Source: Blastocystis sp. Blastoise
Taxonomy: Eukaryota > Protista > Bigyra: Opalinata
NCBI GenBank assembly: GCA_039096225.1
Contig: JBBPEB010000014.1
Location: 372,001-436,000, forward strand
Length of the DNA: 64,000 nt
Reading direction: 5' to 3'
A model generated the notes under the pieces. It saw only the letters and a program-made list of their open reading frames with translations. It was not told the origin of the DNA and did not search any database. Both the position numbers and the translations under genes were made by a program. Shown here one piece after another: positions 1-18,700 of this stretch (position 1 is the stretch's first letter; each line of letters begins with the position of its first letter).

Positions 1-468
1 GATGGTAATCCAGTGAAGATATCCAGTCAAACTGTTTTTGGAGCTTATTATGCACTTAATACACTTTCACAATTAATTGAATTTGATACTTCATCAGAGA
101 CTTATAAGATTATGAATGTCCCTATAGTTATCTATGATTCTCCACTCTATAAAGTATACATTTAGTACATAAATTCTTATTATTTGAAAGAATAATATTA
201 ATAATAATAAAGAAAATAATAATTAATAATAAAAATAATCTTAATATATATATATATAGCACAGAGGTATTTTATTAGATACAGGTAGTCATTATTTCCC
301 TATAAAATCTCTATATAAATTTATTGATTCACTTGCTTATAATAAGATTAATACATTTCATTGGGTTATTTCTAATAAAGAATCTCAACCCCTCCAATCC
401 TATGATTTCCCAGATGCTTGGAATGGAGCTTTTAGTGATTATGAAAAATATACACTGGTATATAGATG

Positions 469-499
<31 letters not shown>

Positions 500-1469
500 T
501 TTTTTTTTTTTTTTTTTTTATTTTTATTTTTATTTTTATTTTTTTTTTATTTTTATTATATAGATGGATGTTAGTTCCCTCGTTCAATATGGCGCCAAAA
601 GAGGTGTTCGTCTTGTTCCAGAGTTTGGATTACTTAACAATGCACAACCTTTCTGTCAACTCCGTATATACTTATTATCTCTTCTAGAATTATATTATTA
701 TTATCATTATTATTATTATTATATACATTATTATATTTTCTAAAGTTAGAGTTATTTATTTTATTATTGCAAAATTTTTTTAGTTTTATTCATTTATTTT
801 ATTATTATTGGTTTCCATTTTATATATATCATATGTTTTATATATATGTATATATAGAAGATTCTTTATGTCCAAGTAGTAAATGTATGTCTCCTATTCA
901 TCCAGGTAGTAATATAACTACATTTCTTATTGAATCTATTCTCAATGAATGGACAGCTGTTGCTGCTTCTCCTACTCCTTCTCCTACTCCTTCTCCTACT
1001 ACTACTCCTAAACCTCATTCAAGTGTATTTCATTTCTCAAATGATGAGGAACGAAAACATTATTTTTATTATATAAATCGTGATTATTTCGAATTGTATT
1101 CGAAAAGAATAAAAACTCATAAAGGTGGATATTATGAGCATTTGTGGTTATATGCCTATATATTAGAGTCTCTTGATAATCCTATTTTACGTAGTCGTTT
1201 AGCAAAGGCAAATCAAAAAGAATGGACTCAATATTGTGATAGAGAACGGTATATACTTGAATTTATAGAAGAAGAAAAACGGGCTAGTCTTGATGTGGAA
1301 GAATATGATGATTCTGATGATCATAATAATAGAGATAATGAAGAATATAATGATAATAAGAATACATTAAGCTATGAATCATTAGAAACTGGATATAATG
1401 GAGTTTTCCAAGATAAATATATTCATATTGGAGGATCAAATGTATATAGAATATTCTATAATATCTATA

Positions 1470-1512
<43 letters not shown>

Positions 1513-1681
1513 TATATATAGGTCAATACAGAATGTTGGAGTGAAGCTTCCATTAAGAAATGGCTCTCAGATAAGCATTTCACAGAACAACAAGGGCTAT
1601 TTTATCTTTACAATTATACATATCAAGTATTTATTTTCATTATATACATTGTATACTAATATTATTCTAATTATATTTTTA

Positions 1682-1715
<34 letters not shown>

Positions 1716-2494
1716 TCTTCATTAACATTTGTATTTTTTTATCATTATATTTAAATAGATACTTAAATCCAATAAACGAAGTCCAATCATTTGGGATACG
1801 TTATATAACTATTTAGCAGCCAATCAAATATGGTCTGATGTCACTGTACAGACTTATGCAGATACTGACAAAGTTCAAGTATTTATTTTTATTATTATTA
1901 TCTATTATATATTATCTATAATATTTATCATTATCTTTATTTTTATTTTTAATTTAATTATTATTATTATTTACTAATTGGAATATTTATAGAATATTTT
2001 GAATGCTGGTCACAATGTTATTATAAGTAATTCAGAATTGTTTTCAATTGATATACTTCAGAATATATGGTCTACTATTTATAAACAAGATATGTATGTT
2101 CTTTTTATCATCTATATATATATTTATTTATTTTTTTTATTTATTTATTCATGACAATCTATACTTATTTCTATTCTTATCTATATATCTATCTATATAT
2201 AATATGTCTAGTATTCCTACTGGTTTAAAAGAATCAAAAGGTGCTATATTAGGCGCAGAAGCATTCTTATCAACAGATTTTATTGATAATTCAGACTTCT
2301 TTTCTACTTTATTTCCTTCTTTATCTGCATTTGCAGAGCGTTTATGGACAAAAACAAAAGCTACACAAGTTACAGAACTTCAATATCGATTAGCTTATTT
2401 CACTTATTATCTTCATCATAGAGGTATATATAGTGCTCCTATTACCAGTACTAATAACAGAGATGCTCCTTTTGGACCTAGTAGCTATTTCTAA
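1..2494 (+). CDS. GH20 beta-N-acetylhexosaminidase-like protein, 5'-truncated by the window, multi-exon, probably catalytically degenerate
   Basis: Spliced translation gives HRGILLDTGSHYF, NTFHW, RGVRLVPEFG, YIHIGGSNVNTECW, ILGAEAFL and LSAFAERLW, the GH20 motif order. GT-AG introns (e.g. 154-259, 1442-1521). Stop TAA at 2492-2494. Confidence 0.85.
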
Positions 2495-3700
2495 CTTATA
2501 TAGAATTATATCTCATGTATTCTTCCCATATTCAGCGCTATGTTTGTATTTTTTTATTTATTTATTTATAATAGTTATTCGTCTTTTTTTTTTGTTTTGT
2601 TATTACTTATTGTTCTTTCCTTTTCTATTTTTTCTGTATCTTATGTTTATTTGTTATTTATTTTAATTTGTTTTTGTTCAAACATAAAAAAATAAATATT
2701 TTTTAATGTTTCTCCTTATTCCTTTCGTTTTGTATTCTTTTTTGTTTATATTATTATTTCAATAACAATGTTTGTCTAGTCTTTTATATCTTTTATAAAG
2801 ACTAAAGGAATTAAATTTCTAGTTCTCCATATTTCTCATGTACATCCTCATATCTTGTTATGAATCCTTTTAATTATATAAATCCTTTTAATTATATAAA
2901 TCCTGAAGAAACAATAACTTAAATATATAGGAGTAATTCCCATATATAAAAGAAAATAAATGTAAAAATACTTATAAACAAAAGAAAAACGACCAGAAAA
3001 TATATGAATTATATAGATCTTATAGATAATTCTTATTTATGCTTATTTTCTTCTAATTTATACAAGAATATTACTTGGAACACAAAAACTTTTCGAATCC
3101 ATTACGTAATGGAATTTTTCTTATTTTGAAATTTATTGATTATATATAATACTATGTGTGTGGCTAAAGAAGAGCTATACTGAAAGCTAAATAGTATCAA
3201 CTTTCTATCAAATATACATGCTAAGAATAGAAAAGAACTTACTACTTGTCCTATTTCATTTCAAAGTTATTTATTTCTATAAATTCTTTGTATTTCTATT
3301 AATACTCTTGATATATTAATGTGTCACTCATTAAGCTTCTCTATGAGTGTTATAATGCATTTTCAATATAGAAAAAGCAAGTCAATATAATTTTTTTCTA
3401 AAAACAATTTTCATTTTTTAACAATCTAAGTTGATCATATGTATATAGGAATGAATAAATCATATTCATTATTTTATTTTATTTTGATATCTACAAAGAA
3501 ATGTTCTGAAAAAAAAAACTCGAATCTAATAAAAATGAAACGGTTTTTTAACAATAATGAAAATGAAATAAAATAATTGAAAAAACATGGGAATAGAACC
3601 GTGTTCTTCATAATGAAATCTTATTTGTTTCTTGGGAATTCGTCATTACCGTAATTTCAATAAAAAATTATTAATCAATTACTTCCATAGAGAGTGGATA

Positions 3701-7677
<3,977 letters not shown>

Positions 7678-8493
7678 TAATCGTTTTTTTTTTGTCTCCT
7701 TTTATATACTTTCTCAACAAATAAATACCACAATTTCATAGTTTGAGTTATTATTATTATATTTATTTTCATTCTTCTTTTCATATTATTTTGTTTTTTC
7801 TCTTCAGTCTTTTTATGTATATATATATATTTTTTTTTACCTAAATCTTCATAATTAGTATTAATATGTCTAATAATTATTGTTGTTTATATATATATAT
7901 ATAATATCAAACAGTAGGATATAAGAATTATTTATTGTATTAATACTAAACATATGTCAAGTAATATATATATTTTGTTTGTTTGTTTTACTTCGATTGT
8001 ATATGAAAACAATATATTTAAGTTGTGTATATATTATAACATGAATTTATATCAAACAAAAACTAATTTTTATGAATGAATACTATTCATTGTATAAAAA
8101 AGTCAGAGAAAAAAATAATATATAAAAATGGAAAGAATACATCATATTGATTATATAAATATATAATATAAAATAAGAAATAGAATAAGAGAGAATAACT
8201 AATTACAAATACTAACATATTCTCACTTTGTATAAAATATATTGATATAATTTACATACAAATTAAGATTATTATTAAGAAATTTTATATTTTAAACAAA
8301 TAACCGTAAGTAATAATATAAATAAAACTGTGCGTAGACTTAGAAAGTACATAATAATTTCTACAATATAGAAAGATATGTATATATATAGTTGAAATAA
8401 ATAAATGAGAAATGAGATATATTATAAGAATAAAATCTATATATATGACAAGAAAAAAGAAGAATATGAAAAAGAGAACTTTAAAATAAATTT

Positions 8494-8532
<39 letters not shown>

Positions 8533-10754
8533 CAAAGTTTAATAAAGTATAAAGTATAAGAAAATCGAATAGAGAATATTGAATAATATATATAAATAAA
8601 TAAAATGAAAATAAGATTAAGTAATAATGTTATCAATTTATTTTAAAAAGTCTGAAAGATTTATAGAGTAGAATAAGTAGAAAGAATGATGTGAAATCCT
8701 AATAAGCCTAAAAAAACACAATTATAAATACGATATATATATATATATATATATCAATAGAAATAATGAATATAAATAAATGAAAAGTAAAAGAAATAGA
8801 CAAAAAGAGTGAGTACAGAGAGTATGCTGAGTTAACAAGAATATCATCAAATAAATACATATATTAAATATATATATTAAATATATATATAGATAATTTA
8901 TAGTTAATTTATAGTTAATTTATGGATAATATATATTTAATATATATAGTGAATATATAGATAATATATATAGTTAATATATAGAGAATACTAGAATATA
9001 TATATTATATATAATAATAGGTAACATTAGAAAAGAAACCTAAATATATGTATTCACATATTTATTAATATCATAATAAGTATATATATATATATATCTG
9101 AATATATATTTAATGATATAAAATTAAAATATAAAGAGAATCATAAAAAACAATACTACAAAAATACAAAAAAAATAATATAGATAATATAAAAATTAAT
9201 ACCATAACTATATGCAATACAACTAGAAAGCAATAAGCAATATTATTCTATAATCATAAAAAAAAATAGACTGAACAAAAAAAATAAAAAAAGATATATA
9301 TACATATACAATTGTATATATATGTTAGAAAAGAAGAAAATAATTCAAAAAATTGATTAATAGAATATAAGTAATAAATACCTAAAAAAATAAAAATACA
9401 AAGACTATATATTTATTCACATTTAAGAAAAAACTAAAAATAGAATAGATATACTATATATATATATAAAGCGTATATTAATGTTTGTAAAGAAGCAAAC
9501 CAAAAAAATACAAATAATAAATGTATATATTATCAACACAAGAAGATATATATACAAAATAAAAATAAAAATAAAAATATAAGTAGGCAAGAATAATAGA
9601 AATGAAAACTGCAAAAAAAAAAGAATAAATAAGATTCTTTAAAAAATATATATATATAGAAAAAGGAGTGAATATATAGAAAAATATAGGGGAAAATGAA
9701 GCGAATGATTAGTATATAAAACTATGAAAATAGGAACATAGCCGATAGAAGACAAGAGTATTATAAAGAAATAGATGAATAGGAATGCAATTTAAATAAG
9801 TATATATAATTTGTATATAAAAAAAAGAAATTGTTATTTAAATATTCTAAAAACTAATGAATATAAAATATAAGTCAAATAATTAAAGAGAAAAAAGAAG
9901 AGAGTTCAAAAATATATATAAATTAAAAAAAGAATTAAAAAAAAAAGAAATAAGAATCAATATGGAATGAACAATTCAACATCTAATTTCATTAGAGAAA
10001 GATAGAATTGTTTATATATAATAAATGAACTATAATGTATATTACCATAAATGTATATGCATATATATAAAGTTCATATCCCAAGTAATGATTTAATATG
10101 TTATAAATTCATATAAAATAAAAGCACTTCAATAATAAAAAATAAAGGAGTGAATTAAAAAGAAAAATAAGAAATATTGAATAAAAAGGAAATATTGAAT
10201 AAAAAGGAAATATTGAATAAAAAAAAGTAAGTTTTAAAAAGGAAATAAAATAATAAAAAGATTTGTTATTGAGAATCAGAGGTGAATTAGATAAAAAGAA
10301 TGTAAATAAAAAAAATTAACGAATATAATATAAAAAGAAAGAATGTATAAATAATATATATATATATATATATATATTCAATAATATATATATATATAAA
10401 ATAGATAGAGAATAAAAAAATCAATATGAAAAATAAGAATATATATGAAAACTATTATGAAATGAAATATCTAGAAAGACATTCAAATATAATATAAATA
10501 TACATATATACAAATATATATATAAATAGAAATTCAATCATTATAATAAAAATAAAAATATAAACGTTCAAAAACGATGAATAATTTATTAATGTATAAA
10601 AATTATCTTATTTAATATTGATTTAGATGTTTATATAGAATAATAGTTAATATATGTAATATCAAAATACTCTAGAAATACATACAAATAGAATTATAAT
10701 AAAATGAACTCCATGTTATATATATATTTAGAGAGAGTTACATCATGTATTACT

Positions 10755-12422
10755 TTAATGGCACGTGACATGAGAAAATACAATTCCTTGTTGTTTACAT
10801 AAAGAAACAAGTCGATTGATTTCAACGATATTTTTGATATCTATATAAAACAAATAAATAGAATAGATTAATTAATATAGTTATATATATACATATATAC
10901 CTAATTTAGAAAGAAGTTTGTCTACACATTCTTGGCAAATATAGATATCGGAAGTGAAATGTTCTAATAATTGAGAATAATATTGGGTTAATATAGCAAG
11001 TGGATCATTTTGAGTATTATTTATATTAGTATTACTAGAGAGAGATAGAGGAGAAGAAGGAGAAAGGAAAGGGAAGGAAGGAAGATTAGAAGGGAAAGAA
11101 GACGAATTAGAAGGAATAGAGTTAAAAGGAGAAGATAATAATGGAGATACAGAAGAGAAAGAAGAAGAAGGAATTGAATTAGAACTCAATGAAGATGAGA
11201 CTGCTATATAAGAAAATATATTATAGTTTATTCATTTTTTAAAAATGAATTCATTAGAGTAATAGATAAAGATATTATAAATATATAAATATATATATAT
11301 ACATTGTGATTGATAGAGAATACAATTTGGTGATAAACATGATTCGGAAGAAGCGACAGAATTATCATCAATAGATGCTATATAAATAATATATATAATA
11401 AATATATTATTCAATATATATACAAGTAACTTTAGAAGAATGAATAACATAATTCTTAAGATTATTATAAAACTTAGGATCTCTAAATTTATCACAATAA
11501 GCACAAGATTCACAAGGACAACTTTCTGTAATTGCAAAATTTAATTGAGCCGATTTTCCATGAAGACGAAGTGCAGCAATATCATACTTCTTAGCAGCTT
11601 CAAGTTCAGTATCAAATGTTCCCAAATACTATAGAAGAAGAGAATAACTATGATTATATGAAAACATATATATATATATATTATGTAGAGTAGAAATACG
11701 TGTTTCTTTTTATTATATTGAATTTGAGCTTGAAATTTTGAGTTTTTTCTATATCTATAGAAAAAGGAATAATAAATAGATATTCAATATATATATTTAC
11801 TAAATATACATATTTAATAATACATATACATATATTTAAAAAATATAGTACAATATATACTATAATAATAGTAAAACTATATATATATAATACATACACT
11901 CCACGGAAATGAGAGGAGAACTGTTTGGAATTTTGTCTATAACTAAAACTACGAAACATAGGTTTTTTAGATGTTTTTCGCTTTTGAATTGTTACAGCTT
12001 TCGAGATGGTATTCTTTGCAACTAAAATATAAAAAAATAAATTATATATTTATATTGAGAGGCTTACCAAGATTTGCAGGTACTGGAATAGCATCAGAAG
12101 GAGGTAATAATTCAACCAGATCAGAAACAGGATCACAACTTCCAAGATCACTGTTTATATTAGAATTTGACATAGGAGTCATTGTTGGACTATCGGGGAA
12201 TGCCATTAAATGGAGTGAAGTCCATGGATTATAAAAGTCTCCATTCATAGTAAGAAACTCGGACTAAGAAAATTAATAAAAAAATAAGTTGATCATAATA
12301 TATACATCATTTAAATAGTTTGAAGAACTGTCTGGATAAGAGAGACAATCATTTAATGAAAAATCAAAAGAATAATTCGGCAAACTTTCAGATATCGTTG
12401 AGCAGTCGTTACAACCAAACAT
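10755..12422 (-). CDS. AP2/ERF-domain transcription factor, multi-exon
   Basis: Spliced domain SSHFRGVYRKNSKFQAQIQYNKKKHYLGTFDTELEAAKKYDIAALRLHGKSAQLNF matches the AP2 consensus. Confidence 0.85.
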
Positions 12423-13358
12423 TTATAGACAATACTTAAAGTAACGAAAATAATATATGGATGAAATCCACAAAAATAAAGAGTAAAGATAATTGGAGTG
12501 TATCAAAAATGCAAAGGAAAGGTTATCTTCAATTGCTTTTTCTTATAACCATTAATAGAACTCATTTGCTAATAGCCAATCAGAATCGACATAGTTAGCA
12601 GGCGAAGTCAAAGGAGATTTTTAGTAAAGTCGCGTCATTGTTCCCAATTTCTAAAATCCCACTTATTGTCCAACATTTCCACGGTTATTATGTTAGTATC
12701 ATAATACTGAATACATCAGCTGTTAAAATTATAAGGAAAAACACAATTAAAGGAGCCCATTGACGAACCTAAATGAGATTTTGGTTTTCAATAAATCATC
12801 TGAAAACACTAAAAATGTTTCATGGAAATTTCTTCAAGGATATATATAAATAAAAAAATATTTACGATTTATTCAATTGGGGTGATTACAAAAAGTCACC
12901 AACACCACCTATATACAATCATAACAAAATTAAATCATTGGCTATTAATAAGTAAAACAACCATAACCATTCAAAAGGGACAGATTGCACATTCTAATAT
13001 GATTTAATTTCTCTAAACTTATTAAAGAAGCATAATATATATTCATGTATTCTCCCATCTATTCACAAATGATATCCTTCTAGTCAAAAAATATAATATG
13101 TAGAATATATATATATATAACTTATTTGAATATGTTAGACTAAAGACGGGGAATTTAGTGCTAGCGATTAATACTAATGTATGTACTATGATTAAATAGC
13201 TAACATAATAAAATGACTTGTTTTTATTTTTATATATGGAGTTGTTGTTTTTCATAAATAAATTTCTTCTAGTTTAAAATGGTTAGAAAAAACAATAAGA
13301 AGGCTTTTCATATAGTACTTCTAAGCAAAACAAATAAGTGTCTTAAATGGAACAATAT

Positions 13359-14818
13359 TTAACCAAATAATTTGAAACCAATTTCATTGTCATTGTTATT
13401 ATCCTCTTCTGGTTCACAAGAAGTATTTTTTTCGTTAGTATCCTTTTCTTTGGTTTCTGATGCTGTTCTAGTTGTAAATTCCTTATTAGCATCAAATTGT
13501 GGACGTGGAGCTTGACATTTCCAACATGTATCAAGAGTTTTATAGTTAGGAGAGTCACACTAGAAATTTGGATAATGTATATTTGGTTGAAAACAGAATA
13601 GATTGTAAATAAATAGAAATAATAAAAATACTTGAGGACATCTCCAATCTTGATCTGGTTTATTAACAAATTGATTGTCTTCTTTTTCTGATTTAGATTT
13701 CTTTTCTTTCTTTGGAGCTAAAAGTGTTCTTAAGCTTAAACTATAAAAGAATAATATCAATCATATATATATATGTATATATAATAATAAATAATAAAAT
13801 ACTCATTCATAATTTCCCATTCAGGAATAATACATACAGAGCAAACAGCCTTAAATATATAATATATATATTCATTAGTTCAAGACTATTTTCAATAAGT
13901 GTTTAATATACCTTAAATACATCTACACAAATAGCTATTTGTGGATTTAAATAATCAGAAACATAATCGTTTTGTAGTAAGGCACATAATTCATTTCGAA
14001 GATCTTCTTTTACAAATTGATCATTATTTCTTACACTTATTCTGGCATACCACTGATATAAATTGTTTATAATATATTATATTATATATATTATATATAT
14101 ATAGTAACAGCTATTTTCTAAAAAAAGAATAGTAGATTAATCATAAATAGTATACACGAATTCCTTTATTTGATTCTGTAAAAACGTTCTTTATTAAAGG
14201 TTTTAATGTTTCTATAATCTTTTCATTTGAGGCATAGCAAGTATTCTGCGCTGGAATAATTCTTGCGCAATAACTATAAGAAAATAATCAAAATAAGAAG
14301 CAGAAGAATCAAAATAAGAACAATTCATAAAAGATGGAATAACAATATTGCTCATAAATAAACATATTGAATATACCGAACAAGAGATGTATTCTCAGCT
14401 TTAGATGTTTTTATTATTTCTGTAACAATTTTTACTGGATCAAACATAGGATTTCCTATTTTAATAAATGCCATAGCTTGCATTCCCAAATTCAAACGAG
14501 AATAGTGGTTTTCTCTTGATTTAGTACCTAATTCTTTTAATTCATCATCTAATTTAGAAGCCAAGTCTTTCTCATTATGTTCTTCCGATTTTTCATCCAC
14601 TTGTTTTGCTTTAGGATATAACTTTTCGATATACTCATCAAGTAATCTGTAGACTTCTTGGCATGCCATACTTTCTTTTCCTCGATCACATGTCACAAGA
14701 ACACCATTACATCCATTTTCCATCACGGCTTTTGGTGTTGATTTGTTCTTTATATAGAGATAATGAATATAAATGAGATATATACATCATATCGACGTCT
14801 TTTATTTCGATAATCCAT
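13359..14818 (-). CDS. THUMPD1: THUMP-domain protein (THUMPD1/Tan1-like) with a C-terminal RanBP2-type zinc finger
   Basis: GVLVTCDRGKE...EVYRLLDEY, LDDELKEL, RYCARIIP and NPQIAICVDVFK are Tan1/THUMPD1-like. Followed by WRCPQCDSPNYKTLDTCWKC. Confidence 0.8.
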
Positions 14819-15520
14819 AGTTGATAAAGAAAAAATTAATTTTTTTATAAATAGTCCATTTTCACAAGCGTTATGATAATTATAAAATAATAATATTTTT
14901 GGTTTTGGATTCATTGTTCACAGAACATTATGACTTCATATATATACATTTCTTTAGAAGTAACGATTGTTGTGATTCACTTGTTTTTCTTTTTATACAT
15001 TCAATACAAGTTTCATATCTTTACTATTTTCACGCATCGAACATATTTTTAAAGATTTATTGATTGATGATTCTTTTAATATGTAATTCATTTTTGAAAT
15101 TCGTAGCAGATTGAGTACATGGATTGTTTTGAGTATTTCAGAAATGTATACTGATATAACTTATAGTATAGAAGTTGTATTATTTAACGATAGACTATTT
15201 ATGTAATAATTAAGATTTCTAATATGAAACTAATTAAAGATCAAATACTATCCACAAGCACGTAATATAATAAACTAAAAAGTAATGGAATGTTAAGAAA
15301 TAAATAATAGAATTTCGTTCATAAATATAAAAATGAAATATCTATATATGTTATATATATAGTATTTCAAACCAAAAAGAAATGAGCAATACTTGTTACA
15401 CAAAGAAAAATATATAGGGAAAGGATTTTTTAAAAAGCAAAAGAATATTTAAAAAGAAAATAGAAAATCATATTCGAGTTGTTGAAGCGATTATATATAT
15501 ATATATATATATAATGATGG

Positions 15521-15730
15521 ATAAATAGAAAAGAGATCTCTAATATATAAGTTTATTTAGAAGAATATAATAAATAGAAAAGAGATATAATATATAAGTT
15601 TATTTAAGAATATAATAAATAGAAAAGAGATCTCTAATATATAAGTTTATTTAGAAGAATATAATAAATAGAAAAGAGATCTCTAATATATAAGTTTATT
15701 TAGAAGAATATAATAAATAGAAAAGAGATA
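15521..15730. repeat. ~47-bp tandem repeat, about 4.5 copies, just downstream of the phosphatase gene
   Basis: ATAAATAGAAAAGAGATCTCTAATATATAAGTTTATTTAGAAGAATAT repeated with small indels. Confidence 0.85.
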
Positions 15731-15753
15731 TAAAATTATCGATATATATAAGT

Positions 15754-16435
15754 TTAGGCAGAAGGCGGGATAATAGTAAGAAGATCTTGTAAGTAGTCTT
15801 CTCTCATAGTATTCAGAGCTTCCAGCATATGTGGCTTGAAGGATAATATGCGTCGGAATATTCGAAGAGGACAGAACTATAGAGAAGATAGATAGAAGAA
15901 GAGGAAGAAATAAATATATATATATATTTAATAATACTATTCGTAAATGAAATTCATATATATATATATATATATATTATAGAATATAACTATAAATAAT
16001 TGTAAAGTCGATATACTTGATATTTCTCTTCTCCATAAACATAGATAGGAACACGTTTATTATTATATACCATAGTAATGACAGGAGGAAGCGTACTATT
16101 CTTTTCTACAGGAACATAGTATTCAATAGCTATATAGAATAAGGAAATAAAACCAAGGAGTTATGGTAAGAATAATAATTATTATTATATATATATTATA
16201 ATGATAATATTGATTAATATTATATATATATTATGATGATAATATTGATTAATATTATATTTTTTTTTATAATGATAATATTGATTATATTATATATATT
16301 TTATAATGATAATATTGATTAATATTATATATATATTATAATTATAATATTAATTAATATTATATATATATACCTATATATGATCCATAGGGTGGCATTT
16401 CTAAAGCAGATTGAGGAGATAACATATAAAGTAAA

Positions 16436-16485
<50 letters not shown>

Positions 16486-17071
16486 TTTAAAGATGGTATA
16501 TAAATAGAAGAAATGTAAGAATATAACATAATAAATAAAATAATATATATATATATATATATACTTAAAAGTGTAGTATCATGAGCCGAGAATATTTGTA
16601 TATTCGACATATAATTCTTATTAATATTATTATACAGGAAAGTGGCTAGAGGTGAAGAAGTCTGAACAAATATATCAGGAGTAGTATGTAGGAACATATA
16701 TTTCTGCATCATAAAGAAATGACTATTCCCATAAAGACCCTCTAGAAGATAGAAATAGAGAGAATTAAATATATTATTATTAAGATTTATATATACAAAT
16801 TTATTATACATATATATCAATTTTGATATAAATATAGAATAGATTCATATAATGAAAGAATAAATGTATTATATGATGATCATAATAATAATAATAATAA
16901 TATATAAACGTTCGTTATAAAAAGATATATACTTATTTTTGGATCAATAGGCAAATTATGCTTCTGATGTGTATTAATATAATCATATAAACGAGCATAT
17001 TCAACAACATCTCGATAAATATATAAATAAATGAATGAATAAGCATTATATTTGGTATATAGCTGTTAAGA

Positions 17072-17169
<98 letters not shown>

Positions 17170-18700
17170 CGATAAATATAATTCGTATGTTTTTGAATAT
17201 ACGTTACAAGTTCAGGGGGGATCTTGTGACTTTCCTCCAATTGTTTGAAATCCGGCTGTTGAAGACGTTTTACAGTTAGTTTCTTTAAGGATGGATTATA
17301 TCCTATATATTATATATATATATTCATATATGTTATATATATTATGAAGTATTTGATAGAAATAGCAGAAAAAACATGATATATTGTGACTATCATAGAT
17401 AATATGAGAATATATATATATATATTAAATAACTTTATTATTTATATAATAAGTGATTAAAATAAGTGTATAAGTATATATTAATGAGAATATAATATGC
17501 ATATATACTATTCAGAATACAACATTCTTTATTTGAAATATAAACGGGAGGTATGTGAAGATTTTTTCTATATATAATAATATAAATAGATATATATAAT
17601 ATTTGTAAATAATAGTAAACATATATCATATATATATAATATATATAGTAAAGATATATAAACAATATATACCCTTTATAGAGTTCTTCTAGAACACAAA
17701 ATGCGGAGAGTTGGGTTCGACGAGCGACTGTACCTGTTACAGGAATCTATATATATATGATTATATAAGTAAATATCATTTCAATATAGTATATAGAAGA
17801 AAATAAATATATATACATCGATGTTTTTTGCTTGTAATTCTTCGATTTCATCTTTATAACGTGCTAACTATAGATTTATCAAGTAGTATTTCATATATAG
17901 AATAGGAATAGAAAATACTGAGTCATATATATGATAAAGAATACAAAAATATATAAAGTAATAATATATAATATAATAATAGTATATAATATAATAATAT
18001 ATAATATAATATATAATATAATAATATATAAAGTAATAATATATAATATAATAATATATAATAATATAATAATATAATAATATATATTATATTATATAAT
18101 ATAATATAATATAATATAATAATATACAATGACTTTTCCTACCCCTCTCATTTGGTCCATGCCTACATAGGAAAGTTGTCCATATATACCGTCTTCCATA
18201 CCTATAGATTCATCAGCTTCACTTGGCTGATATCTACCTACACAACGATTAATATCACGAAGTTCATTCAAATTAGCGATTACAGTGTTATGAGGAAACT
18301 CATTTATTAATTCTTGAGGACAAGGAACCTAGGGAGAAAACATATTGAAACAATAATAATTTATAAACATAAAATAACTTGCTAAACACTAGTTTTCTTG
18401 AAAGAACATTGAATAAAAAATACATACTAGATTCTTCCATGTCTCATCCTCCTCCTCTTTTTGTTTCGGATCGACATAATAATTATATAATGGAGAACGG
18501 TCTCCATGTCTGTGAAAAATCAAAATATTTCTATAAATGAATTAAATAAAATTAATACATAAAATCAGGAGATACCCAAGTTTGTAACCATCAGGAATAG
18601 TATCGTAAATGGATCTAGCAAACGGTTGTGTATCTAAGTGATATATAAAAATATAATAATAATTACTTCGTAGTACACGTCTTGTGAATGAAACTAGCAT
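15754..18700 (-). CDS. Histidine acid phosphatase (branch 2, ACP6-like) with a predicted mitochondrial/MRO presequence
   Basis: Spliced RHGDRSP catalytic motif, GQLSYVG, FSAHDTT and PPYGS. N-terminus [19 protein letters not shown] is Arg-rich with no acidic residues. Confidence 0.85.

Noticed and set aside
7680-10750. 3-kb region between convergent genes
   Set aside because: Low-complexity AT-rich sequence with no credible exon, RNA gene or terminal repeats visible. Probably UTR or intergenic DNA.
12022-12070. Apparent AT donor in the AP2 gene
   Set aside because: A canonical in-phase GTAAG donor lies a few bases upstream on the minus strand.
15521-15730. CRISPR-like regular repeats (also 6815-7080 and 38990-39190)
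   Set aside because: Head-to-tail minisatellites without unique spacers, in a eukaryotic context.
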